Positions 40,907 to 53,603 of a DNA stretch of 61,407 nucleotides are shown here, in pieces; the stretch's first letter is position 1, and each line of letters starts with the position of its first letter. The stretch spans positions 1-61,407 of the forward strand of contig DASWNR010000065.1 of the NCBI GenBank assembly GCA_036399155.1, written 5' to 3'. The notes under the pieces are model-generated. The model was not told the origin of the DNA. It worked only from the letters and a program-made list of their open reading frames with translations, and made no database searches. Both the position numbers and the translations under genes were made by a program. The DNA is from Pyrinomonadaceae bacterium (lineage in GTDB: Bacteria > Acidobacteriota > Blastocatellia > Pyrinomonadales > Pyrinomonadaceae).

Positions 40907-41776
40907 ATGCCGGAGAACGCAGGGACGCTCTACCTCGTCGCCACGCCCATCGGGAACCTTGAGGACGTGACGCGGCGCGCGCTGCGCGTGCTGGCGGAGG
41001 CGGACGTGGTCGCGTGCGAGGACACGCGGCGGACGCGCTCGCTGCTCGAACACTTCGGGATACGCGCGCGCACCCTGAGCTACCACGAGCACAACGAGCG
41101 CGAGCGCGCCGACGAGCTGGCGCGGACGATTGAAGGGGGCGGAACCGTCGCGCTCGTCTCGGACGCGGGCACGCCCGGCGTCAACGACCCCGGCTACCGT
41201 CTGGTGCGCGCCTGCGTCGAGCGGGATTTGCGCGTCGTCCCCGTCCCCGGCCCCACGGCCTTCGTCGCCGCCGTCACCGCGTCGGGGCTTCCGACCGACG
41301 AGTTCTACTTCGGCGGCTTCCTGCCCGCGCGCTCTCACGCGCGCCGCGAGAAGCTCGCCTCGGTCAAAGCCCTGCGCGCGACGCTCGTCTTCTACGAGAC
41401 GCCGCACCGCATCGCGCACGCGCTCGCCGACGCGCGCGAGGTTCTCGGCGAGCGCGAGGCGGCGGTCGCGCGCGAGCTGACCAAGCTCCACGAGGAGATT
41501 GCCCGGGGCCGTCTGAGCGAGCTGGCCGAGCGCTTCTCGGCCGAGGGCGCGGCGCGCGGCGAGATGGTGCTCGTCATCGACCGCGACGTGATAGAGCAGG
41601 AAGGCACGGCCGGGGCTTCGGGTGAGGCGGCGAGCGTCGGGGCGCTGGTCGCCGCGCTCGAATCGGAAGGGCTCGACCCGCGCGCGGCGCTCAAGCGGGC
41701 CGCGCGCGAGCTGGGGCTGACGCGCGACGAAGCCTACCGCCGCCTCACGTCCGAGCGCGCGCGCTCGAAAGGTTGA
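40907..41776 (+). CDS. rsmI: 16S rRNA (cytidine1402-2'-O)-methyltransferase
   Basis: LYLVATPIGNLEDVTRRALRVLAEADVVACEDTRRT and SDAGTPGVNDPG are signature RsmI (tetrapyrrole-methylase fold) motifs. Confidence 0.9.
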   Translation: MPENAGTLYLVATPIGNLEDVTRRALRVLAEADVVACEDTRRTRSLLEHFGIRARTLSYHEHNERERADELARTIEGGGTVALVSDAGTPGVNDPGYRLVRACVERDLRVVPVPGPTAFVAAVTASGLPTDEFYFGGFLPARSHARREKLASVKALRATLVFYETPHRIAHALADAREVLGEREAAVARELTKLHEEIARGRLSELAERFSAEGAARGEMVLVIDRDVIEQEGTAGASGEAASVGALVAALESEGLDPRAALKRAARELGLTRDEAYRRLTSERARSKG

Positions 41777-41791
41777 GCCGCCCCTCCGAGA

Positions 41792-44700
41792 TCACCGCGC
41801 GCGGAGCAGGCGGTCGAGCCAGAGGTTGGAGAGCTTCTCCTGAACGGTGTTGGCGCGCAGCCGCGCGTTGAGGTGTCGGAAGTCCACGAGGTCGAGCGGC
41901 TGATCCTGGTTGTAGCACGAGAAGACGAAAGTCTCCTTGCCCGTCTCGGGGTCTTCGTGCCGGCAGAGGCACTGCGCGCAGACCTCCTTCATCATGCACT
42001 GCATCGGGCTGTTGATCGAGCCGACGCCGACGTGCTCTTTTTTGAGGTGCGGCGCGAGCACGCCGTGGCGCGCGGCCTTAACCGCGGCCATCATGCGGTC
42101 TGAGCCGATGGCGATGATGCGGTCAACTTCGCGCAGGGCGAAGGGCGGCGGGCCGAACGCGCCCTCGGCGTAGGCGGTCATGGCCTGCACGATGTTGCCG
42201 CGGAAGTGCCTGTCCTGCGGCCTGCGCGGCTCGACCTCCGCGCCCGTGTCCGTAGACCAGACGACGATGTCGGTCGCCTCCTCTATCTCCTCGCGCTTGA
42301 AGAGGTCTTCGCCCGCCTTGTACCCGGCGAAGTAGACGACGCGGTTGTCCGCCGCCTTCAAAGCCTTCGCGATGGAGAAGAGCACGGCGTTGCCCAAGCC
42401 CCCGCCGGCGAGCAGCACGGTCTCGCCCTCCGGAATCTCGGTCGGCGTCCCCGTCGGCCCCATCACGACGACCTGCTGACCCGGCCGCAGCAGCGCGCAC
42501 TGCCGAGACGACGCGCCCATCTCAAGCACGATGAGGCTCAGGAGCCCCGCGTCCTTGTCCACCCACGCGCCCGTCAGCGCCAGCCCCTCCATCGTCAGCC
42601 GCGTGCCTTCGACGAGCGGCGCGTCGGTCTCGTAGTTTTGCAGCCGGTAGAACTGACCCGGGTGGAACTTGCGCGCCTGCATCGGCGCGCGGACGACGAC
42701 CTCGACGATGGTCGGGGTCAAACGCTCGACGCGCTCGACGCGCGCGACGAGATTTTCGTCGAAAGTCGCCGAAAGCCGCTCGAAGGACGCGTCGCGCGCC
42801 TGCTGGTCTTCGTCCTTCAGCGCCGCCAGCTCATCGGCGAAGAGCGCGACGACTTCGGGGAAGCCGTCCTTGGCCGACGCCATCGCCTTGACGACGTTGC
42901 CCGCGTAGACGGGGTGGTTGTCGCCGTAGTAGGTGACGAAGCGCCCGCCGCCCTCGTACGAGGTGAAGAATCCCGGCTCGCCCTTCGCGGCCGGGACGAG
43001 CTTGAACGTTCCGTCGGCAACCCTCTCAACCTTGTGCGGCGCGAAGAACTCTTTCCAGTCGTCGAGCGCGAAGGTGCCGGGGCGCTCGCGCTCGTAGATG
43101 GTGTTCGGGCTCGTGCCCGCCGCGACGCAGACGGTGCGCGCGGGGACGCGCAGGCGGTCGTCGCAGTTGACGTTCCACTTCCCCGTCGAGGGGTCGCGCG
43201 TCACGCGCTCGAAGACGAGCGCCGCGACCGCGCCGTGCTCGTCCGGCACCGCCTCGGACGGCGACAAATTCTCGACGAAGTGGATGCCCTCTTCGAGCGC
43301 CTTCGCGACCTCCTCGTGGTTGAGCCTGTAGGCCGGCGAGTCAATCAGCCGCTTGCGGTAGACGATGGAGACGCCGCCCCACGAGCGCACGAGCGGCACG
43401 AAGTCCGGCTCCTCGCCGGCCGCCGCCGCGCGCGCGCGCTCCCCGCGCACCGCGCGCCCGTGCGCGACGTACTCTTCGAGCACGGCGCGCTCCTCCGCGT
43501 CGAAACGCTTCCAGACCGCGTCTTCGCCGAACTCTTCGCCGAGCGCCTCGAAGCGTTCGAGCATCTTCTCGACCTGCACGGGGTAGTAGGCGAACAGCTC
43601 GGTCGCGGTGTCGATGGCGGTCAGCCCGCCGCCGATGACGACCGCCGGCAGACGCACCTGCAAGTTCGCCATCGAGTCGGGCTTGGCCGCGCCCGTCAAC
43701 TGCAAGGCCATCAGGAAGTCCGACGCCTTGCGTATGCCGCGTATCAGATTGTTCTTCATCGAGACGAGCGTCGGCTTGCCCGCGCCGGTCGCGACCGCGA
43801 TGTGGTCGAAGCCCAGCTCCCAAGCGTCTTCAATCCCCAGCGTCCCGCCGAAGCGCACGCCGCCGTAGAAGCGGAAGCGTTCGCGGCGCGCGAGCGTCAG
43901 GTGCATGAGCGTCAGAAAGTTCTTGTCCCAGCGCACCGTGATGCCGTACTCCGACACGCCGCCGAAGCCCGCGAGCACGCGCTCGTCAAGCTCCTGCTCT
44001 ATCTCGCCGACGTTCTGCACCGCGCGCGGCACGCGCCGTCCGCCGTCGCCGGTCAACTCGTCATCCAGCGGCTCTATCTTCAGCCCGTCGATGCCGACGA
44101 CGCCGAAGCCCTCGTTCAGGAGGAAGTGCGCGAGCGTGTAGCCGGCGGGGCCTAAGCCGACGACGAGCACGTTCCTGCCGTTGTATGGGAGCGCGTAAGG
44201 GCGCTTCGCGTTGAGCGGATTCCAGCGCGTGAGCAGGCCGTAGATTTCGACGCCGAAGGGAAGCCCGAGGACGTTCGTCAGCACGCCGGTCTCTGCCTGC
44301 GGGATGTTGACCGGCTCCTGCTTCTGGAAGATGCACGACTTCATGCAGTCGTTGCAGATGCGGTGCCCCGTGCCCGGGCACATCGGGTTGTCGATGACGA
44401 CGACGGCGAGCGCGCCGATGGAGTCGCCGTCGCGCTGTAGGACGTGCATCTCGGAGATCTTCTCGTCGAGTGGGCAGCCCTGTAGAACGATGCCGAGCGG
44501 GTTCTTCTTGAACGAGCCGTCGCGCTCCTTCAGCCCCTTCGAGCAGGAGTCCTTGTCGCGCTCGTGGCAGTAGAGGCAGTAGTGAACCTCTTCGAGCACC
44601 TCGCGCTGCGTGTAGCGCTTGTCGGTGAGCTTGAAGCCGTCTCGGCGGCGCAGGTTCTTGTCGGGGCCGCGCATCAGCTCGGGCAGGTCGGCCTCGGGGC

Positions 44701-45436
44701 GTTCGAGCTGGACGAGGTGCTCGTAGTTGAGCGGGTGCGGGAAGCGGAAACTTACCCAGCCCTTCACCCTCTCCCTCGCCTCCGGCCGCAGCGCGTGCGC
44801 CGCCGCCCACGCTTCGACGAGCCGCAGCGCCGCGCGCACGAACGCGCGATTTTCGTCGGCGACTCCCTCGCCGTCCGCCGCGCGCCACGCCGCGAGCGCC
44901 TCGCCGGCGCGCGTCCCCGCCAGCCTCGACGCGGCGGCCGAAGTCTCACGCGCGCGCTCGTCCGACCACGTCTCCTCCTGACGGACGCCCTCCTTCGGGT
45001 AGTTCTTCTCCCACTCCAAGAGCATGACGGTCATCCGCGCCACGCCCAGCTCGCGGTCGTCGCCCAGCGTGTCTGCGAACGCCGCGTGCCGGAGAAGTTC
45101 GAGCGCGGCGTCCGCCCCCTCCACGTCAACGGCCGCCGCCTTTTCGGCCGGGAAGCTCTTCGTCGCGCGCCGCTGTACGAACTGCTTGAACTGGAAGACC
45201 GGGTCCTGCGCCCTGATGCTCTCGGCTAGGCGCTCCCGCTCCGGCTCTATGCGGAACAGACGCGCGACGAACCTTGAGAGGTGCGGCGCGGCGGCGATGA
45301 GCAGTTCGGACTCCGCCCTCGTCCCCTTCAAGTTCTCGCCGCGCGAGGTGATGTATTCCGAGAGCGAAGCGTGCAGCGCCGCGTCGGAGCTTTCGACCTC
45401 GGCGTAGAACGCCTCGGCCAGCGCGCGCAGACGCAC
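41792..45436 (-). CDS. large fused oxidoreductase: N-terminal unknown/Fe-S region + GltD-like FAD/NAD(P) oxidoreductase + PyrK-like ferredoxin-reductase module with C-terminal Cys cluster
   Basis: 1214 aa. Cys motifs CLYCHERDKDSC and CPGTGHRICNDCMKSC. Dinucleotide fold VLVVGLGPAGYTLAHFL and VVIGGGLTAIDTA. C-terminal FHPGQFYRL...LLAGGGLGNAVL (FNR-like) and CMMKEVCAQCLC (2Fe-2S-like). Confidence 0.75.
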   Translation of the reverse strand: MRLRALAEAFYAEVESSDAALHASLSEYITSRGENLKGTRAESELLIAAAPHLSRFVARLFRIEPERERLAESIRAQDPVFQFKQFVQRRATKSFPAEKAAAVDVEGADAALELLRHAAFADTLGDDRELGVARMTVMLLEWEKNYPKEGVRQEETWSDERARETSAAASRLAGTRAGEALAAWRAADGEGVADENRAFVRAALRLVEAWAAAHALRPEARERVKGWVSFRFPHPLNYEHLVQLERPEADLPELMRGPDKNLRRRDGFKLTDKRYTQREVLEEVHYCLYCHERDKDSCSKGLKERDGSFKKNPLGIVLQGCPLDEKISEMHVLQRDGDSIGALAVVVIDNPMCPGTGHRICNDCMKSCIFQKQEPVNIPQAETGVLTNVLGLPFGVEIYGLLTRWNPLNAKRPYALPYNGRNVLVVGLGPAGYTLAHFLLNEGFGVVGIDGLKIEPLDDELTGDGGRRVPRAVQNVGEIEQELDERVLAGFGGVSEYGITVRWDKNFLTLMHLTLARRERFRFYGGVRFGGTLGIEDAWELGFDHIAVATGAGKPTLVSMKNNLIRGIRKASDFLMALQLTGAAKPDSMANLQVRLPAVVIGGGLTAIDTATELFAYYPVQVEKMLERFEALGEEFGEDAVWKRFDAEERAVLEEYVAHGRAVRGERARAAAAGEEPDFVPLVRSWGGVSIVYRKRLIDSPAYRLNHEEVAKALEEGIHFVENLSPSEAVPDEHGAVAALVFERVTRDPSTGKWNVNCDDRLRVPARTVCVAAGTSPNTIYERERPGTFALDDWKEFFAPHKVERVADGTFKLVPAAKGEPGFFTSYEGGGRFVTYYGDNHPVYAGNVVKAMASAKDGFPEVVALFADELAALKDEDQQARDASFERLSATFDENLVARVERVERLTPTIVEVVVRAPMQARKFHPGQFYRLQNYETDAPLVEGTRLTMEGLALTGAWVDKDAGLLSLIVLEMGASSRQCALLRPGQQVVVMGPTGTPTEIPEGETVLLAGGGLGNAVLFSIAKALKAADNRVVYFAGYKAGEDLFKREEIEEATDIVVWSTDTGAEVEPRRPQDRHFRGNIVQAMTAYAEGAFGPPPFALREVDRIIAIGSDRMMAAVKAARHGVLAPHLKKEHVGVGSINSPMQCMMKEVCAQCLCRHEDPETGKETFVFSCYNQDQPLDLVDFRHLNARLRANTVQEKLSNLWLDRLLRAR

Positions 45437-45701
45437 GGGACGGTGTAGGTCACCGTAGGTGAAGCCCTCGATTCCGAGTTCAAAGTCCGGCGGCGTCTGT
45501 CTGTTTCTGGCGGGCTCGTGCGCGGCGTCGTTCGATTCGACGAGGAGGTTCTCTACCAGTTAGAAGTGTCCGACTCTCTGAAAACTTGCGGCCGTGGGAA
45601 GCGTTTCAAATGCGCGCGGGACTCGGGAGAGGCGCGCCGGCCGAAGTATAACACCGCCCCGGCCGCCGCCCGAAAGTCCCGCCCCGCGACGCGCCACGCG
45701 C

Positions 45702-45730
45702 TTGCCAACTCAAACGGACGCATCTATAAT
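45702..45730 (+). promoter_or_regulatory. sigma70-type promoter of tRNA-Glu
   Basis: TTGCCA-N17-TATAAT. The -10 element ends 12 nt before tRNA position 1. It has the same architecture as the promoter of the split tRNA(CAU). Confidence 0.6.
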
Positions 45731-45742
45731 CGCCTCGTTTTT

Positions 45743-45816
45743 GGCGCGTTGGTGTAGTCGGCTAACACGCCGCCCTCTCAAGGCGGAGACCACGGGTTCG
45801 AGTCCCGTACGCGCTA
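45743..45816 (+). tRNA. tRNA-Glu (anticodon CUC)
   Basis: GGCGCGT TG GTGT AGTCGGCTA ACAC G CCGCC CTCTCAA GGCGG AGACC ACGGG TTCGAGT CCCGT ACGCGCT A folds as a cloverleaf with a G1.U72 wobble. CCA is not encoded. Confidence 0.8.
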
Positions 45817-45844
45817 TCAAGGTCAACAATCAGCAGAAGCAAAT

Positions 45845-45879
45845 GCCGCCGGAACCTCTGGCGGCTTCTTCATTTTCTG
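45845..45879 (+). terminator. intrinsic terminator after tRNA-Glu
   Basis: GCCGCC-ggaacctct-GGCGGC followed by TTCTTCATTTTCTG. Confidence 0.6.
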
Positions 45880-45925
45880 CGGGACTGTTTTCGTCGGGTC
45901 GCGCAGGTCTCGGGCACGCCCCCGG

Positions 45926-45934
45926 TGCTATAAT
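45926..45934 (+). promoter_or_regulatory. extended -10 promoter candidate upstream of the TerB/AAA+ gene
   Basis: TGcTATAAT, 45 nt upstream of GTG 45979. No good -35 element. Confidence 0.4.
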
Positions 45935-45978
45935 CGCGCGCCCGTGAAGCGTGAAAATTTGGAGGAGAACTGAGGCGC

Positions 45979-47436
45979 GTGCTGCTGGACGAGGAGAATA
46001 AGAGGCTGGCGGCCGCGGTGCGGCGCACGCTCGAAGCGCTGGTCGCGCCGCTCGGCGAGAGCATCCTGATGGTCTGGCGCGGCGGGGGCGCGCCGGACGC
46101 GCAGTCCGTGCTCGACAACCACCTGAAGCTGACCGCGCAGCGTTTCATCGACCTGCGCGAGGCTTCCGAAGCCGCGAAGCAAACTTATTACGAGCAGGTC
46201 TGCCGACTCTTCAACCTCACGGCCGCGCCCGACACGTTCCCGCTGCGCGACTCGACGGACTTGCCTCCGCACCTGCTCAAGCGGCTCGACCGCACGCCGG
46301 TCAGCGTCTCTTACCTCGAAACCTACGACTCGCGCCACGGCACCAACTTCGCCGACCGCGCACGGCAGACGCTCTTCCACTTCGCCAACCTCGTCATCAA
46401 GAGCGACGGCAAGGTGACGCCGGTCGAAGAGTCCGCGCTCGCCGAGTTCAAGCAGACGCTCTACCCCGGCCGCGCGGCGGACGCGCCCGCGGGCGCGAAG
46501 AATCACCCCGAGAGGACGCCCGACGCGGCCACGCCCGAGGTGCCCGAGGAGGAGCTGCCGCCGCCGCGCCCGCTCGAAGAGCTGCTGGCCGAGATGGACG
46601 CGCTCGTCGGGCTCGAACGCGTCAAGGCCGACGTGCGCCAGCTCATCAACTTCCTCAAGGTTCAGAAGCTTCGCGAGGAGCAGGGCTTGAAGGCTCTGCC
46701 GGCCTCGCGCCACCTCGTCTTCTACGGCAACCCCGGCACGGGCAAGACGACGGTCGCGCGGCTCGTCGCGCAGATTTACCGCACGCTCGGCGTGCTCAAG
46801 CGCGGCCACCTGGTCGAGACCGACCGCGCGGGGGTCGTCGCCGGCTACGTCGGCCAGACCGCGATCAAGGTGCGCGAGGTGACGACGAAGGCCCTCGGCG
46901 GCGTCCTCTTCATCGACGAGGCGTACTCGCTCGCCGCCGGCGGCGAGAACGACTTCGGCCGCGAGGCGGTCGAGACGCTTTTGAAGATGATGGAAGACCA
47001 CCGCGACGAGCTGGTCGTCATCGTCGCCGGCTACACGGGGCGGATGCAGGACTTTCTCGACTCGAACCCCGGCCTACGCTCGCGCTTCAACAAGCACATA
47101 CACTTCGACGACTACGGCGTCGAGCAGCTCGTACACATCTTCAAAGCCTTCTGCAAGAAGTCCGACTTCAAGATTACGGAGGGCGCGGAGGGTGAACTAA
47201 CGTCGGTCTTCGGCGTGCTCTGCGCCTCGCGCGACGAGACGTTCGGCAACGCGCGCGCCGCGCGCAACCTCTTCGAGGCCACGCTCAGCAAGCAGGCCAA
47301 CCGCCTCGTCTCGCTTCCTAAAGTTGACCGCGAAATCCTCTCCACCATCGAGGCCGCCGACATCCCCGGCCACGACGAGCTGCGCGCGGGCGGCATTCCC
47401 TCCGGCGAGGACTTGGGCGTCGCGCCCGACGCCTGA
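45979..47436 (+). CDS. TerB-like N-terminal domain fused to CbbX/SpoVK-type AAA+ ATPase
   Basis: LFHFANLVIKSDGKVTPVEESALAEF resembles the TerB motif. The AAA+ module has Walker A GNPGTGKTTVA, Walker B VLFIDEAYSL, GYTGRM...NPGLRSRF and GNARAARNLFE, as in CbbX/SpoVK/EccA-class proteins. The GTG start lies 11 nt after GGAGGAG. Confidence 0.8.
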   Translation: MLLDEENKRLAAAVRRTLEALVAPLGESILMVWRGGGAPDAQSVLDNHLKLTAQRFIDLREASEAAKQTYYEQVCRLFNLTAAPDTFPLRDSTDLPPHLLKRLDRTPVSVSYLETYDSRHGTNFADRARQTLFHFANLVIKSDGKVTPVEESALAEFKQTLYPGRAADAPAGAKNHPERTPDAATPEVPEEELPPPRPLEELLAEMDALVGLERVKADVRQLINFLKVQKLREEQGLKALPASRHLVFYGNPGTGKTTVARLVAQIYRTLGVLKRGHLVETDRAGVVAGYVGQTAIKVREVTTKALGGVLFIDEAYSLAAGGENDFGREAVETLLKMMEDHRDELVVIVAGYTGRMQDFLDSNPGLRSRFNKHIHFDDYGVEQLVHIFKAFCKKSDFKITEGAEGELTSVFGVLCASRDETFGNARAARNLFEATLSKQANRLVSLPKVDREILSTIEAADIPGHDELRAGGIPSGEDLGVAPDA

Positions 47437-47582
47437 GGAGTCGGCCCGGCGACGCCCGGCCCGCAATCTTTGCTGGTGACCCGGCGTGGCCTTTCTGCTA
47501 TCCTCTCCGTCCTCGCTTCCGGGCCGGGTCACGTCTCCACGGCCCCGAGGCATTCGGCCGACTCTTTCCAGACTGTCCGCTC

Positions 47583-49016
47583 ATGTCCGAGATCACAAAA
47601 GTCTTTCTCAGCTCGACCGCCAGAGACCTGTCGGATTACAGGGAGGCGGTCTACCGCGCCGTTCAGCAGATGGACGGATACAAGTGCGTCCGCATGGAGG
47701 ACTTCCTCTCGCGCGCCGCCTCGCCCATCGACCAGTGCCGCAGGGCGGTCGGCGAGTGCGACCTCTTCGTCGGCATCGTCGGCCCGCTGCACGGCAGCAG
47801 CCCGCCGGGCAGCGCCTCGTCCTTCACCGAGCTGGAGTACCACGCGGCGCACGACTACAACAAGCCGCGCCTGATGTTCCTCACCCCGCCGAAGTTCCAC
47901 GTCGAGGCCGACATGATAGAGGCGGACGACAAGCGCGAGCGGCAGGCGAAGTTCCGCCGCCTCGTGTTTGACACCAACGCCGCCGGGAGCCCCTTCGCCA
48001 CGCCGGAGGAGCTGGCGCGGCTCGTCGTCACGTCGGTCAGGAACTGGGAGAGCGCGGCGGCGACCGAGCGGAAGCGGACGCCGCCCAACCCGAGCGCCAA
48101 CGTCCCGCGCACGTGCGACCGCGAACACCAAGAGGCCGCCTTCGCCAGATACCTGCGCCTCGCCGGCGACTACCGCCCCGGCCTACCGCTCGTCTGCGTC
48201 GTGCGCGGCGAGGAGGGGCAGAACCACTGGAGCTTCGTCCGGCGGCTCTGCGAGACGCGGATTCAGACCTACGCGACTGAGCGGTCGGGCGAGAAGGGCG
48301 CGAAGGTCAAGCGGATCGACCTCGGCTGGCAATACTCGGACGACCTACAGTCGCGGCAGGACGCGCTGACCTCCACGCTCTTCGAGGCGCTCGACCCCGA
48401 CTACGTCGTCAAGCGCTCGGACTACTCGGCGGCGGCGCTACGCGGGCTGCTCGGGGGTTCGCTCTGCTCCGTCGTCGTCTTCCAGCATGAGGTGCACGCG
48501 CAGCTCTGGGACAGGACTTCCGAGTCGCTGCTGCGCTGGTACCTCGGATTCCTCGACGGGTTGAAGGCCGAGCCGCCGGTGCCGCAGTGCGTCGTCTTCA
48601 TCAACTTCGTCTACCCGGACGCGCGACGCGACGGGCTGTGGGCCTTCTGGCGCAGACTCCGGCGGGCCAGCCCCTTCGGGCTCAGCCGGCGCGTCGAGCG
48701 CTCGCTGCGCGGAATCGCCGCCGCGCCCGAGCGGGCGGTCGAGCCCAAGCGCGCGAAGGAGCCGGCGCGTGCGCTGGCGGCGGCGCCCGCGCACGCTGCC
48801 TGCGCGGTGCTCGACGAGCTGACCTGCGTCGAGAAGAAGCACGTGACGAAGTGGCTGCGCGACAACCACGTCAGCGACGACGAGGCCGAGATAGAGCGGG
48901 CGGCCGTCGTCATCCTGACGGACAAGCAGGGGCGGCAGTACAAGTGCCGCAACATGCGCGAGGTCGAGTCGTCGCTGAGGAACATCCACACACGGATCGT
49001 GAGCGAGGTGGCATGA
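47583..49016 (+). CDS. DUF4062 (TIR-/nucleoside-deoxyribosyltransferase-like) domain protein with degenerate STAND-like C-terminal region
   Basis: The N-terminus KVFLSSTARDLSDYREAVYRAV...CDLFVGIVGPLHGS...SFTELEYHAAHDYNKPRLMFL matches the DUF4062 pattern. From about residue 160, CDREHQEAAFARYL...PLVCVVRGEEGQNHWSFVRRL occupies the place of a P-loop but has no GxxxxGK[ST]. Confidence 0.7.
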   Translation: MSEITKVFLSSTARDLSDYREAVYRAVQQMDGYKCVRMEDFLSRAASPIDQCRRAVGECDLFVGIVGPLHGSSPPGSASSFTELEYHAAHDYNKPRLMFLTPPKFHVEADMIEADDKRERQAKFRRLVFDTNAAGSPFATPEELARLVVTSVRNWESAAATERKRTPPNPSANVPRTCDREHQEAAFARYLRLAGDYRPGLPLVCVVRGEEGQNHWSFVRRLCETRIQTYATERSGEKGAKVKRIDLGWQYSDDLQSRQDALTSTLFEALDPDYVVKRSDYSAAALRGLLGGSLCSVVVFQHEVHAQLWDRTSESLLRWYLGFLDGLKAEPPVPQCVVFINFVYPDARRDGLWAFWRRLRRASPFGLSRRVERSLRGIAAAPERAVEPKRAKEPARALAAAPAHAACAVLDELTCVEKKHVTKWLRDNHVSDDEAEIERAAVVILTDKQGRQYKCRNMREVESSLRNIHTRIVSEVA

Positions 49017-50022
49017 CGCAAGAGACAGACTTTCTCTACTATGCGGGCGACGGGACGAGGGCGACGGACGGCGCGCGGCGGCTGCCCGACTACGAGCGGC
49101 TCGTCCCGCCCGACGACCCCGGCGGGTACCGCGCCGAGCTGGGGCTGGTCAACGCCGTCAACGCCGCGCTGATGCTCGGCCAGCCGCTGCTCGTGACGGG
49201 CGAGCCCGGCACGGGCAAGACCCAGCTGGCGCGCAGCGTCGCACACGAGCTGGGACTGCCCGAGCCGCTCACATTCAACACGAAGACCACCTCGACCGCC
49301 AGAGACCTCTTCTACCGCTACGACTCGCTCGCGCACTTCCACGACGCGCAGTTCCGCAAGGGCGGCGACGGCGGGCGTGAAGCGCTCGACGTGGAGAAAT
49401 ACATCACCTACGAGGCGCTCGGCCGCGCCATCCTCCTGGCGATGTCGCCGAAGGAGGCCGACCCGTTCCTGCCGCCGGAGCAGAGGGGCATGGGGCCCGT
49501 GCGCTCGGTCGTGCTCATCGACGAGATAGACAAGGCCCCGCGCGACCTGCCCAACGACGTGCTCAACGAGATCGTGAGCATGTCCTTCACCGTCCGGGAG
49601 ACCGGGCGCACCTTCTCTGCGCCGGGGCGCTACAGGCCCATCGTCATCCTGACCAGCAACGCCGAGAAGAACCTCCCCGAGCCGCTGCTACGCCGCTGCG
49701 TCTTCTACTACATCAAATTCCCCGACGACGACTCCGCGCGGCTCGCCGAGATCGTCCGCAGCCGTCTGGGCGAAGGGGACGGCGGGCTGAGCGGCGATAT
49801 GCTGAGCCACGCGCTGACACACTTCCTCGAAATCAGGACCAACAAGCAGCTGAGGAAGCCGCCCGCGACCGCGGAACTGCTGGCGTGGCTGCGCGTCCTC
49901 GGCAAGAGGGGCATCGACGCGGGCAACCCCTCGCATGCCGCGGCACTGGCCTCGACCTACCCCGTGCTACTCAAGTACAAAGATGACCTCGACGCGCAGG
50001 CGGCGCGGCGACAAGCTCCGGC

Positions 50023-50026
<4 letters not shown>
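49013..50026 (+). CDS. MoxR-like AAA+ ATPase (AAA_5/AAA_3 type)
   Basis: Walker A LLVTGEPGTGKTQLAR, Walker B SVVLIDEIDKAPRDLPNDVLNEI, sensor region IVILTSNAEKNLPEPLLRRC. The start ATG overlaps the upstream stop (ATGA). The 142 upstream codons of the ORF track were rejected. Confidence 0.85.
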
Positions 50027-53487
<3,461 letters not shown>

Positions 53488-53603
53488 GTCCGGCGCATGC
53501 CGCCGCCGCGCGCGGTCTCCCCGCTGGCCGTTTGACCAAAGGCGCGCGTCTGAGCGATGCTACGACGTTACAAAATCAATCTTCATACGGTGAGAATTAC
53601 GCC

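Noticed and set aside
45594-45947. 117-aa ORF spanning the tRNA-Glu gene.
   Set aside because: It overlaps a well-folded tRNA, its promoter and its terminator, and it has no protein-like features.
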